64,000 nucleotides of DNA, from the NCBI RefSeq assembly GCF_000150275.1, contig NW_002060947.1, positions 7,115,880-7,179,879 of the forward strand, read 5' to 3'. The notes under the pieces are model-generated. The model worked only from the letters and a program-made list of their open reading frames with translations. It was not told the DNA's origin and did not search any database. Origin of the DNA: Trichoplax adhaerens. Lineage: Eukaryota > Animalia > Placozoa. Within the stretch, counting starts at the first letter, position 1, and each line of letters opens with the position of its first letter. The position numbers were made by a program, and so were the translations under genes. This document shows, in pieces, positions 39,629 through 53,124 of this stretch.

Positions 39629-40105
39629 TTGTTTTCTTCAGTTCTGTATCTGATATTGCTAAAAAATATTGAAATGACATCGTGCATTGACTAATCATAA
39701 GCTACTTTACAGAGATCGACATCATTGAATTAAGGATAAATTTTAATTAATTAAGTACTAATAATTGATGATATTCAAGTTTATTGATGTTTAAATGAAC
39801 GTAATAATTGTTAAATACTGCTTGTAATACAGCATTTAGAGCCAACTGGCCACTACATATTGTATAAATATTATTTTGCTTTCTTCAGTTCTATGTTTGA
39901 TGTTGCTAAAAAATCTCGAAATGATATCATGCACTGATTAATCATAAGCTACTTTACAGAGATCGACATCATCGAGTTATTGTTGGATTTTAGTAAATGT
40001 CAATAATTGGATGATACTCAAGTTTATATTGATCGAGTTAACGCAATAACTGCAAATACTGGTTATACTACAGCATTTGGAGCCGACTGGCCACAACGTA
40101 TTGTA
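39629..40105. repeat. ~250-bp direct repeat pair upstream of copy C (also at 60258-60735)
   Basis: TTCAGTTCT..TTGCTAAAAAA..TAATCATAAGCTACTTTACAGAGATCGACATCAT..CAGCATTT..ACTGGCCAC occurs twice. Confidence 0.85.
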
Positions 40106-40434
40106 ACACTGACGCCTTGACTAAGGATTTTGTAGAATATTTAATATACCACGATGACTACATCTGTATAAGCAAACAATATGCTTGTTACATATTAGCA
40201 AAATTTCCTTATTTTTGTTGAAATAATGAAGGGCAAGATATGAATCAGTATTTAAGAAAGGTTAAGCTATTATCATCTAGTACTGACAGAACCTATAAAT
40301 ATCCCAAATTTTCATCTTCTTACAACTGAAGTCGGAAAACCGGTCGAAGTACCGGTAGAAATATTTCCTTTAATCAATCTTAGCATACATATCCTCGACA
40401 TTAATTATTCTCTAGTATTCTATTTTGTGAGAAT

Positions 40435-41640
40435 CTGAAGATTTCTCTTGCTCTCGTGTGTATTTTACTCTGTATAACTACGCTTGTGGTAATTTATTGT
40501 CGAAATTATCAATCATTATAGCTGATTCATTTGTAAAGAAATAATGCGATTTAATTGCATAAGTAACCAACTTCATGTCTGCAATATCTTTAGTTTGTAT
40601 AGTGAAGCCCCAAATAAGGTTACGATTAAAATTATGGAATAATGCAAAAATAGATAAGTTTTACGCTAGGTTGCAAGACTACATACGTGTCTAATTGTGG
40701 AAGATGTTTACAGTACGTATTGTAGTAATTGTATTAAGGTGCTTATATTAAGAATCTGAGATAATAATAGATAGCGTTAATTATGTTAGTAATATGAGAT
40801 TTGTATTGTGACGCTTTAATTAGAAGCGCGAACTATGGATTTATAGCGCGATAATAAATTTAGATATGATCTTGTAACTTAATTTGTAAGACATGATTGT
40901 GCTTGAAAGAAAATCATTATATAACTAATTGTGTATAAATTATGAATATTGCCATTATAATTTATACAGTTCAGAGATAGACCTATTGAAACTAGATAGT
41001 TCTTGATAGTTATAAGACGAGCCTAACCTATGTAGTAAAGCGAAATTTACAAGAAGCTGTAGTTCTTTTGTATTTTTGAGAACATACTTTATCACAGTTT
41101 GCTATGGTAAAATATCCTCAAATCCAAAGACCGATTTATGATAAAAAATTGTACCTGCACTCCAATTTACGAATAGATATACAAACTCTCGAAGCGCCTA
41201 TACCAGACGAAGTCATTATTTTAAATTCATTTACTAGAATAATTATCAAACGTATCATTAATCTAATGTACTAGTAAAATGTACTCTTTTTTTGTCATTA
41301 ATTTTTAATAGGGACAACACCAATCTGTGGAAATAGCGTGATTGCTCTTAAAGTCTATGAGATATTAGTCATCGCTTGCCTAGGTGGTTGGAGAGGACAT
41401 ATTAGTAATACAAAATTATGCACTAGAGGTTACCATATGTGCAATAAAAATGATCGAGCATCTCTACTTTCCAAGATCACTTTTTCGTGTGGCATTCAAA
41501 TCTCTGGCTGCTATGCTTTTAATGCAGCCTATGATTTCGGACTATGTATTGATTGCGGGAATAGGGAACATCAAGATGATCTAGGTGGTGTAGGCATGAC
41601 ATATCCTGTCCTACAATCAAGGACTATCTTTATTATCTAA
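40435..41640 (+). pseudogene. Secreted 12-Cys protein, copy C (pseudogene; duplicate of copy E)
   Basis: ATG>CTG at 40435, ~0.5 kb insertion at the end of intron 1, a 2-nt frameshift in exon 2, and the C-terminal third deleted after ~41610 (sequence resumes with the equivalent of 62470). Confidence 0.88.
40592..41101. mobile_element. ~0.5 kb insertion flanked by a 6-bp direct repeat (AGTTTG); putative non-autonomous element
   Basis: AGTTTG at 40592-40597 and 41096-41101. The paralogous empty site in copy E (61221-61226) has a single AGTTTG. No ORF or clear terminal inverted repeats. Confidence 0.55.
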
Positions 41641-43599
41641 AATGAAGGGCTCTAATACCTCTTTACAGTAGATAGAAGTTATAGATGATATCAAAAGCGG
41701 TTAAGTAATTAGCTATTCTATTTATATCTAAATGCTTAATTACTACGGCTATATTTATTAAGAATATCGATATTCGATGACTAATATGAGACAGTTAGAT
41801 TATAATATGCCAATTCACAGAGTCGTCAAAACGCAACATAAATTCTAATATCGGTCAGATACAATCATATTTTACGGTACAAGGTACCGGTATATAAAGC
41901 ATAACCATCTCGTAAACTAAATGAAGATATGCTACCAAACATTGCTAACTTCTCTATGGTAAGATATCTTCGTGATAATCTTTCAAAAATTTAGTTGCTT
42001 AGAAAAGTCATAAAATAAAATAGATCTTGCGACTACAAGATTTCATCTGAGCAGGAGAATAGTTAACATTATTTAGAAATATACTTTGTTATGTACAAGT
42101 TTATAAAATAATATTAGTAGGTATAATAAATTACTTGGTGTTGATAGATGAGTAAGATAGATTATGAAGATTTCATTTAAATTCCAAAAACACAACGGAA
42201 GAATTTAAAACAACCAACTGAATCTCTCTAAATTTTGGCAATGTAGATTAGAGTGATAGTTATTAATTCATGAACTAATGTTTAAAATTCAGTATACAAT
42301 TCGGCGCTGAATACATAGAAGACTACAAAAAAATTTAGATTAAGATGTATATCTTGCCTCGATATCAGAGGATTATCATATCTGTTGGTAGCATGAATTA
42401 ATTAAAGTAATAATTATTTTCAGTAGAAAAAAGTGAACTAGCAGCAGGCTTACAATAGTATTTCATGTGCCTACAACACAATTCTTTTCTTTTTATTATT
42501 AATTAATATACTATTAGATCGGCAGCACACGGCGCTAACCAATCACTAATTTTAGTAATGTTTGCCTTAGATAGTTCTTTAACCTTATTGGTCTAATACT
42601 GTTTACAAAACTAGTCGGTTTTGATATTTGCATGTGTTATGATATGGCTAATTTATCTGCTGTAGCTGGGATCTATTAAAAGCCGGCTGTTCTTTTTGCT
42701 TAATTTAGAGGACTAAGATAGTGCTTGTATTGCTAATTCATCGTAGAGATGTAAAGTAAACGATGATTGTTAAGCAAAGAAATGTGATTTTGTTACATGT
42801 AAAAGTAGTAATAATTAACTTACATATACGAGTATATATTGATATGTTACGAGCAAAGATCAATTCTAACTTGCAATATAGGTTGAGAGTGTGTTTTCGG
42901 ATCTGCACTGCTGTGAATTGAAATACTAATTAATTTCTATATAGATATAACTAAGATTTAGCACAGTGAGGTCTCGGATCTCTCTAGAAAATCACAATCT
43001 ATCTCATTACTAGCGAGGCCGTAGCTTATATAGGTTCATGTACCTAAAGCCGACTTAATTATACGATTTATCTCGTCTTTTAGAAATCAATCAAATTAAT
43101 ACTCTGAAGAGTCTCAATTTATACGGATTAAACACAGTCTAATCCTGTTCAATTTACTGTTTCAGTATTCATTTACGACCAGGGATTACTTATTTCTATA
43201 CGAATTGATAAAGTTACGAAGTTATTTATTTGATTTATTTACATTCTTGTGACTAATCGCAATGTTAAAATAATGTAACAGCGCAAAATTAGAGCTAGCT
43301 TTGCAATTTAATATTGTTAAAATCTTTATCCAGGCATCGATTAAATCACATAGTATTTAGATGATTATTGAATATAGTGCTACGCTACGTCTTTACTATA
43401 TATTCGTATACATCATTATGTGAAACTAACTAGAGATGAAGGCAAATAGTTCTGTTCAGTTCAAGAAAACTTTACTGTAACAGTTATTTTAAAATTTGTG
43501 TGAATTCATAATTCAGGTTACCTGATGTTGGAGTGTTTACTTTTACGAAGTACAATAATGACGATGCTATCGATAAATAGTATTTAATAGCTATGCGAT

Positions 43600-44640
43600 A
43601 TTAAATTGATTGAGCCAATAATTTAATAAAGTCAAGAACTATTTTATATAGTCGTCAAATTATTGCTTATTTTATAAAGCTAATCAGTCAATTTATAAAA
43701 TAACCAAGTCGGAAGTTATTTTATAAAGTATGCCAGGTCGCCTTGGATGTTAAAGTGCTTATTTTCACAATTAAAATCATGGCGAAGTACTATGACTACT
43801 TTTTATAACACAGAAGCTACTTCTAGCGACAGTTAAGCGCAGACACTAGTCTTCACTAAGATCTAACTAGAAATCTGCTGATTTTAAAAGGTTACTCGCT
43901 TTTATACCTTTCATCCATCTATTTGCAAGCAGCTACAGCATACATATGCATAGAAGTTAATACTGATAAAAATATCAGCTATCGTGTATTATATTTAAAT
44001 TAGTATCGCTTTAAGCTCTACTTTAAAATACGTTAGAGCACTCTCATAACATGAAATTAACCATGATCAGAACACGATCTGGCCTTTGAGCTCTTTTTTA
44101 ATTAGATATCTAACTTATCACCAACAATCCGTATATATACGTACAATATAACTCGTCGCAATACGAGTACGATAACAGATGCTATACATAGATAGCATTT
44201 AGTAGTTATGCTAGGCCAAGTTTTAAGTATCAAATCATTGCTCGTTTTATGAAGCTAACTAGTCAATTTATAAAATACCGTAACTAAGTCGGTAGTTATG
44301 TTACAAAGTAATGCAAGCCGCCTTGGTTAGTTTATGAAATATTATAACCATAGCAGTTTTATAAAGTTACCAAGAAGTTACAGATAATTTATGAAATAAC
44401 TCTCGATGGTTATCTATAAAAAAGTTCTTAATTAATTTATAAAATAATCAAGGTGATGGTTATTTTGGTTATTTTATAAAATATTAACCAAAGCAATTTT
44501 AAAAAGATACCAAAGAGTGAATGGATGATTTATGAAGTCATTTTTGGATGGTTACCGTATTTTATAAATGTTATGTGTTACTTTATATAATAATTAAGCT
44601 AACAGTTATTTTATAAAATAATTAACTCAGTAAATTTGAT
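43600..44640. repeat. TTTTATAAA-rich internally repetitive region
   Basis: Many TTATTTTATAAA / AATTTATAAAATA units. AGTCAATTTATAAAATA..AAGTCGG..CGCCTTGG recurs at ~43686 and ~44261. Confidence 0.65.
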
Positions 44641-46325
44641 TTAAAGCTACATCGCTTTTAATCGAAGGAATTTTACATCCAGAATGTATACCGTGCCTTT
44701 GATATCATAACACTCTACAGTAAGAGTACGTCAGATCGATGATCTTTACTCTCATGTAAAATGCTTGTTAAAGAACTGCATTAATCACAGTTAGTCCGGT
44801 AGCGGTTTAATTACGTCTACTTAATTGATAAATAGCATTTAATAGCTGCATCACTTCTAATTGAAAGAATTATTCGTCAAGGCGGTATACCGTGCCTTTG
44901 ACATCATAATACATCAGATATCGATCGATGACCCTCATTCTTATGTAAAATATTTGTTTAAGAACTGTATGAACTCGCATATACTGGCTGTCACGGAGTG
45001 ATGTGCGTGAAGCTGTATTGCTTTTGTTATTAATTAATTGTTTACCTGCATTAATTAATTGCCTGGGGCTTTAAAAATTGTAATAATTAATGGAGTGTTA
45101 ATTGCAATTACAGCCTACAATGTTGTGAAATGGTATTATTGTGCTTATGTGTCAAATCATTAGTAGCTGTTAATTAATTAATTGCAATTAAGGTTGCTTA
45201 CAAATATTTAGCTATAGTGAACTATATAACTTATTGGTAAACAATTTATCATACTAATGTAAGTAAATCTCGTATAGCAATATTGCACAATTGCTTATAT
45301 GTGCACCGCTTATCACCACCGAAAACTATAAAAGCCTGAGCAGCAGCTCTGCCAAAAAAAAAATCAGTTAGTTCCTCAGCTCTTGTTATATAAACAAGTA
45401 TCTGCTTTAACTTAATAAACTTAATTTACAATTTTTATTAGAGTAACTTTATACCTGTGTGGTTGTATCTTATAATAGATCTCCATCACTACGAAAGAAG
45501 TAGACTTATTCTAGTAGATTTGTATCGTTCGCAGTGTTACTTAAATAGTGACAAAAGAGATACTGCCACAGTGTATGTAATTGATGTTATACCCGATCGT
45601 GGTGCTTAATTACCTCTGCTTAACTGATAAATAGCATTTAATAGCTGCAACGCTTTCTAATAGAAGAAATTATTTGTCAAAGCAGTATTCCGTGCTTTCT
45701 GGCATCATAATACATCAAATTCATGACCTTCGTTCTTAAGTGAAGTGCTTGTTGAAGAACTGTATGAAAATCGTACATACAGGCTAATCAATGTCAGCAG
45801 ATCGTGATGTTTAATTACGCCTACTGCAATTGCATCTATCAATCTTCTTTAATTCTTTTATTAAGATGTAAACGAAATGGATAAATCCCATTAGTACAGT
45901 CAATAAACTATAGCATTATCTGATAATATTGACTTAAGCATCTCTTATCTAATTGCTTTAAGCATTATTTACATTTGACAGAAGCATATAAAAGCTCTGC
46001 GTTCACGCATTTTTCTTATCATTTCGTATTTTCCTCAGTGCCTTGAAAGGAAGAAGGATCGTTTGATTTGATTTCCAAGTAAGTATTAAGCTGCCGTTCT
46101 AGTTATTCTTGGTAGAAATGTGTGTGAAATAGAGTTTAATTCTTTTAGCTTCCGGAGTTATAAAGTAGCTCCAATTATCTATGTTAAATTGTACTCTTAT
46201 TTCTGTTACTGTTATAAAGTGTAATAAACTTTGCTAGAGTTTTGTTATTTTCATTCCTAGATACTTAAAAACATTGAATCATTGCATTAATTTTTTTGCT
46301 TTTATCAAAACCTGTAACATAAAGC

Positions 46326-48715
46326 ATGAAGACCGCTATCATCTTTTGCGCTTTATTTGCCGTGACCTTTGCATCAGGTAAATTTACTAGTACCATTCTA
46401 ATAATAGTAAAGATGTCAAGTAAAATTGTTATAAATTTACCGTACTTGATGCGCAAAGCGACGCTTTAAACGCAATCCAGTATTAGGCAATAGCTTATTA
46501 AGTCAATTTATTTCTATCCGTCTATTTTTGCAGTGTTGGTATACAATTGTATACTCTAATGACTGATAATTGGTTTTAATTTATTGTTTAAGCTGTGATT
46601 TTGATCATTACTCTTTTATGTTGATGTTTATAACTCTCCAATTGGTAATCCATATTTCTAATGTTATTTCTATATTCTTACTAACACTGTAGTTCGTCCA
46701 GTGCCATTTGACTTGGATGAACAGCACGAAACTGGTAAGTTAAGGATGTAACATTTTACTATTGCTACGTAATTCTGATATGTATCGTGAGGATAAGCCA
46801 AACAACAATAAGTTATGCATCGATAATCATATATTGACTAACTTAATGAGATGTAAGAAAGAAATGAAAGAAGTCCTCTATACTATTTGTATAGGATAGA
46901 AGAGTAGTATTTAAATGACTGATGATAGTCGTTCATTATCATGGTTACTTATAAGAGATACCAATTGAAACTGGACTTAGAACAGTATGTAAAACAAACA
47001 AAATTACAATCTATTTTAATTTAGCTATTCCTGTAACTGTCGACATGTTTACATTAGAACCGTATCTCAGTATCATCGTGATGCCATTACTTGAACGCTA
47101 TTCGCGGTCGATTCGATTGTATTGTAGTTCTATCGAAGCAATGAAACTAGTACAGTAAAATTGCAATTCAAGTAGTGTCATATTGTACTCTACTTATGCT
47201 TCAAGTAGTATGCAAAACAAATTAAATTGCAATTTATTTAATTTCGCTTATAATAACATAGCTACGACTCTCGGTATTTCGATATTACTACAGCATTATA
47301 TCATCACTATGCTATTACTTCAATACCATTCATCGTCGATCAGATAGCGTTCTAGTTCCATCCGAGCAATGTAACTTATGCAGTCAAGTCACAGTTTAAA
47401 TAGTGTAATAGTTTACTCTGTAGATAAAGAATCGGCTTGTCAAATAATTTTTATCCCAATTTGTTCACTTATTTCAATGTTCGTCCATTTAATGGTATGA
47501 AATAACCTTGTACATTACAGTTGAATACAACCCTAAGGTGTTGACTGTACCTGCCAGGAAAGATATAGATAGAATTATTAACGGTCAAAATGACGTGAGA
47601 GGCGAACACCCATACCAGATCTCTTTGCAAAGAAAAAATCCTTCTCAGCCTGGCTCATTCTACCACACATGTGGTGGCTCCATCATTAATCAGCAGTATA
47701 TTTTGACTGCTGCTCACTGTGTTGACAGCGGTGTAGCATCTGACTTCAGAGTAGTCGCCGGTGAATACGATTTCAGCAGAAACGACAATTCTGAACAAAC
47801 CATTGCTGTTACTAAACTGTAAGAAATCGATGTCTAAGACGTTATAATTTATCATTAAATCTAGAACTAAATAGGTTACTCTTTATTCCATAATTATAAT
47901 ATGAATTATAATTATTGGATAGCATGAAACATATTGCTTCTTTGCCATCCTATGCAGTAACAATCATCTTAGGCTTTATAACGCGGATCGATAAAAATAT
48001 CCTTGCGTGACCGAGTCTTCTCTGACATTTTATTTTTCACAGTATCATCCGTAGCGATTGGAATCCAGCTAAGATCAACAATGATATTGCTGTTGTTAAA
48101 TTGGCCAGCAAATTGACCTTCAATAGCTATGTTGCTCCTATCGCGTTGGCTTCTGTTACTCCACCAACCAATACAGCAAGTCAGGTTACTGGATGGGGAT
48201 TAACTAATTATTTCCTTCAAACCAGACCTAACATTCTACAAGTATTGAACGTCAAAAGAAGATCGGACAGTGACGCTGCCGCATCAAGCAGTAACTACAA
48301 TAGTTTTTCTCAAGTCGCAGCTACTACTACTGCATACCGTGATGGAACCTGCCAAGGAGACAGCGGTGGCCCACTTGTATTCAAACAGAATAACCAATAC
48401 CAGCAATATGGCGTCGTTAGCTACGGCACAGTCCGTAAGTTTGAATGAACATGATTATTATTAGAACTTGATTCAAAAGATTGCAGTGTGATAATCAACT
48501 AGCGGTTTTACTATACCTTCGCCAAATAGAATGTTGGATAGCCCATGTATTTCGCTTTGAAAGTCTTACGGCATGAAGGAATATTATGACCAATTAATTA
48601 CTAATGTTCATTTTGAATACTTTTTTTTCTTACAGCTTGCTCATGGTCCTCTGCTGATTTCTATGCCCGCGTTTCTTCCTTCAAGACCTGGATCGAAAAT
48701 AACTCCCGCATTTAA
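46326..48715 (+). CDS. Secreted chymotrypsin-family (S1A) serine protease zymogen
   Basis: Exons 46326-46377 (signal MKTAIIFCALFAVTFAS), 46693-46734, 47521-47818, 48043-48434, 48636-48715. Activation site DR|IING; catalytic motifs TAAHC, NDIAV, GDSGGP; C-terminus YARVSSFKTWI. Probable 5'UTR intron 46079-46260 and TATAAAA at 45987. Confidence 0.95.
46985..47420. repeat. ~220-bp diverged direct repeat in protease intron 2
   Basis: AGTATG.AAAACAA..GC.ATTACTT..GTCGAT..TAGTTC.ATC..AGCAATG.AACT..TAGTGT.ATA..TACTCT occurs twice. Confidence 0.7.
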
Positions 48716-50839
48716 TCTGCCACATGGATCACGTAGTTATGTTACAGCATCATTAAAAGGATAAAACCTTAATAGTTAAATTTCTACGGTTTTAGATACA
48801 GTACACACGTCGATAATAGGTTCTGTAGCTTAATTCAAAATAAAAAGGCATTTTTTCATATGATTCCATGTATTATTAATTTCGATGTCTTTTGATAAGC
48901 ATTAACTTATTGAAGATAATCCCAGTGCTATATGAGAAGGATTCTGTTTGAGTGAAATCGCAAATGTGCGCATAGCAAGGAATCATCTATGTTATTGAAA
49001 AATATGACGTACTTTAGTAAACTATTACCCTTGTACTGGATTGCTTAGTCAGTCAAACAACGCATAACAATAATCAACTATAGAAGGTCAAGAAATTCGT
49101 GTCCGTAATGATATATCAAATACCAACCATTTAGGTTCTTGTCAATCCATTTTTGTCCTGCAATGGACGACGGTAGAGTATATATTTCAAAGAGTTGTTA
49201 CTTTATACGTCCAATTTGAGTCTATTGAAAGTAGATTGGCTTATTCTATGGATATTTTATAACTAGAATGATATCAATCTAGCCATAACATAGTAACGTC
49301 TACTTTATCAGGCTGTCTAATTTTTCTACGCTTAATAAGGTTAATTCAAGGCAGAAACCATTACTAATAAAATTAAGGCTAATTAATCAGAATTTTGTAT
49401 CTATCTTGGCTATTATTTATTTTTATAGCAATAAGAAGTTACTTTTAAGTTTCAGACTTCGCCTCTGGTACACATCAATGAGTTATCTTGCCATATTAAT
49501 AGTAAATTACCTACGTAGATTATCTTGCTATTTAATGTACAGTACCTGAATTAAGTGATCATTGAAAAGAAAGCTTCTACAGATGTAATGTTATTTTAAT
49601 ATGCCGTTATCGATCTATTTTATATCGGTGAAATTGTAACAAAAATAGCTCGATCTGGTCTATTGTAGTATATCTCTCTAGCGTAACATCTTGACTATCC
49701 GATAATATTTCCAATCGAAAATGGATACAAGCACAGCAAGGATTAATTCTCTGAGAGCTAACATTTTCTCTTTGCAACTGTTACCGCCTAGTCCAAATGG
49801 TAAATAGGAGAAGATATCAAAAATTTGTTTCTCCTTCCATGAATCCGTCCGGATTCAATGTAAATGAGTTTTGTCACAATTTTTCAAGCCTAATAAGTAG
49901 ATAGTTTTCATACTTACTAGTAACATATATCTTACTATACAGTACAAGCTATCACAGTATCATGATTGTAAGCAGCTGCAGGGCAATACAGTATTAGAAA
50001 ATGCTTAGAATATTGTTCCAGCAGTACATTGATAACGACATCATGTTAGTTACCTACATGCACTAATGTACTTTTACTTGATAATGAATAGATGCGCTAT
50101 AACATAAGATTGCTTCCCGAATTTAACAATAATGTAACCATAGGCTATTTTGTCTCAAATTAGGCAAGGCTAGTTTGTATGTGATAGCTAGACTTACTTA
50201 GAAACCCCCTAGTTCCTTTCTGGATAGAATAATGTCCAGCAATATCGTCTAAATATCATTTTTCGACCAAGAAGCTAATATTACTTTTATGCTATTTTTC
50301 TATTCATTAAAGATTCGTTAATCATTCAACTTATAAATGAATCAAATTTAAGTTTCTCTAATTATAATTCTACACCTATTAAGAATAAATGCAAAATTTT
50401 TTGTAAGCACGATAAAGTAATCTTTAATTAAGATTGACATCGTTCGCCATATTCTGTAATTAGATTCGTGTTGGAACAAGGCACCGTGTTTTTAACGATT
50501 ACCGTAGAATGATGGAATGGCACAATGATAAAATTAATCTTTAGTAATGCAAAGGGTTCAATAGATTGATGTAATACATGGAAAGCGTATTATTAACATC
50601 TTTGCATCGCTACATCTTGATGAGGAAAATAGAAGCAGAATACTAACGTTGTTTACAATCTTACAGGTATACCTGTAAATTATCGAGAGATTAGATCATT
50701 AAATCAATTAAAGCATCGAAACTAAGACCATATTTACGGCAATTAAATTGATGCCATTATCTATTCGTACACGGCAGCATTGGTATGTTAATGCTTTAGT
50801 AAATAATACAACATATTTGAATGATAAAAGAGTAAAAAA

Positions 50840-51425
50840 TAATTTACAACACTGAAAAAGTACAGTAAAGCTTCAGATAGTTTTTGATGATGTGGTAAAA
50901 AATTGGAAGTAAATACTTTGCGATTGATATTTATTGATAATTTACACCATTTAAAACTATAGTAAAGTTGCAGATAGTTCTTCGATCATGACGTAAATAT
51001 TTAAAGTAAACGACTTGCTACGGGTCGTTATAAAAGATAATTTACATTAGTAAAATTACGATCAAGCTTCAGATAATCACGTAATAAGGTCGTAAATTAC
51101 TGAAAGTAAATGGCTTGCTGTGGATAGTTATAAAAGATAATTTACAATATTAAAAGTACGGTAAAGCTTCAGATAGTTCCATAATAATATTGTAAAAAAC
51201 TTGAAGTAAATACCTTACTATAGATATTTATAGAAGATAAATGACATCATTAAAAAGTACAGTAAAACTCCATATAGTTCTTCGATCATAAGGTAAAAAA
51301 CAGGGAGTAACTGCCTAGCTATGAGTAGCTATAAAAGATAATTCACAACATCCATAAGTATAGTAAAACTCTAGATAGTTTTGCAACGATATTGCAAAAA
51401 TTTCAAAGTAAATGCCTTGCTATGC
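50840..51425. repeat. ~100-bp minisatellite, about 6 units
   Basis: Unit GATAATTTACA..AAAAGTACAGTAAAGCTTCAGATAGTT..GTAAA..AAGTAAAT.CCTTGCTA at ~100-bp spacing (50840, 50938, 51038, 51138, 51238, 51339). Confidence 0.88.
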
Positions 51426-52320
51426 TATAGTAATAGTACTGGTACTGCAAGGATCGAATTTACCACGTATAGAGTTTATTCTAAACTATAAAATTATTTA
51501 TAAGTATGTTACAGGCAATCTCGGCAAGGCAGCGTTCAAAAGCGTTTTCTGTGAAAGCATTCTCTCGGAATGCAAACAATTATAAGGGATTGCCTAGGAT
51601 TACCGATAATATAGTGAAAGTATGTAAATGCAGAGACATTCATAAAGGATTTCCTAGGATTACTGACAATTTATAAGCGTTCCTGGGAATTATTTTCTTT
51701 TTAAAAGCATCATTTAGCATTGAACGGTAGCACAATTTAAATACGCCATAGAAAAGGCCCTCATTGGCAAATATTGCTTATCAAAATTGAAATTTTTTTC
51801 TGAGATTGCTACACATTAGATTCATTCATAATAACCCCGATTATTCAAATACTTAATATTCAAGAACATTCCCACAGAATGCTCTGCCAGCATTGCTTAT
51901 TTTAGAAGTGCTGTTATCTTCACATCGTTGCCTATATACAGTATTGTAATAGCTAGAGCTGACTGATATAATCTATAACTGATGCATTGGCTATCGAAAA
52001 TTTTATAAATAAATATCTCTTAACAACCAGGCATCCATAGGAAATAACGTTTATGCTAGGGTAGCAATAAATATGACACAGTTCTTGTTGACATGGTTAA
52101 TAATGAAATACGAAAGCAAGCTTGGCTTTATATTAATATGATCAATAATCACTGACCATGCGGTATTAACAAAGCATATAAATACTTGATAACTTGTCAT
52201 CATCGTGTAACTCAAAGCGGAAAAAGCATTGAAACTTTGGCTAAAAAGGATTACTGTAATTGACCTCAACATCTCTATCCTTGACTAACTCATCCACTTC
52301 TCGTTTCCAGCTGTCAAAAC

Positions 52321-53124
52321 ATGAAGGCTATTCTTGCACTCTTTTGTGCTCTACAATTGATGACTCTTGTTGCGGTAATGGATTATAATTAGTCATTAAT
52401 TACAACCACTGCTAATGTGATATGATTCTCAGAGAAATCAACTACCAATCTTGCAATTTTTCAGCCATCCGCCGCGGCATATTATTCTAAATATAACAGG
52501 AATTACCTTAAAAAACTACTTCTTCAACTTGATTTAAAACTCAAACTCCAATCAAAGAAGCACCACATTAATCATAGTAAGACTTTAAAATAAAATACTG
52601 TTTCTTTCATTTTGCTAACTGAACTGTAAACTAAATCTTCCGTTTCATACCATATTAACATTTATTCTCGTTTTAATCCATAAGGTTCTACGGACAGACT
52701 AAGGATTTGTAAAGAAAGCAGCTCTGTAATCAAAGTCTATCATTCATCGGTCATTGGTTGCCCAGGCAGTTGGACTGGCCACATTCGAAACGCCGATTTG
52801 TGTGGCAGAGGATATCATTTATGTAATAAAAACGACAGAAGGTCCCTACTTTCCAAGATTACCTACAAAGATGCCATTAAAATCCCTGGCTGTTATGCAT
52901 TTAATGCAGCCCATGACTATTACAAGTGTATTGACTGTGAGAATAGAACGGCTCACGATGATCTAGCCGGTGTCGGTAGGGCATGTCCTATAAAAGTCGA
53001 ACGTAGAACATCCTGTATAACAGGAGGGATGATTGATGCAGCAAAAACCCTTGAGAGCTACAGCCATAAGAGGGCTTGCCAGTATCATTCAGGAATATCT
53101 GGTGTTTTGTGTTGCAAACATTAA
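52321..53124 (+). CDS. Secreted 12-Cys protein, copy D (intact, most divergent)
   Basis: Exons 52321-52374 (MKAILALFCALQLMTLVA), 52465-52576, 52685-53124 join in frame. All 12 Cys present; ends GISGVLCCKH. Confidence 0.88.

Larger units (their letters stand above)
38291..43156 (+). repeat. Segmental duplication, copy 1 (paired with 57959-64000)
   Basis: Long near-identical non-coding and coding stretches: 38291-39580 ~ 57959-59220; 39629-41610 ~ 60258-61733; 41611-43156 ~ 62470-64000. Confidence 0.95.

Noticed and set aside
50840-51425. Regularly spaced repeats as a CRISPR array (also 36060-36490 and 18514-19245)
   Set aside because: Whole units are diverged copies with no unique spacers, there are no cas genes, and the context is eukaryotic. 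These are minisatellites.
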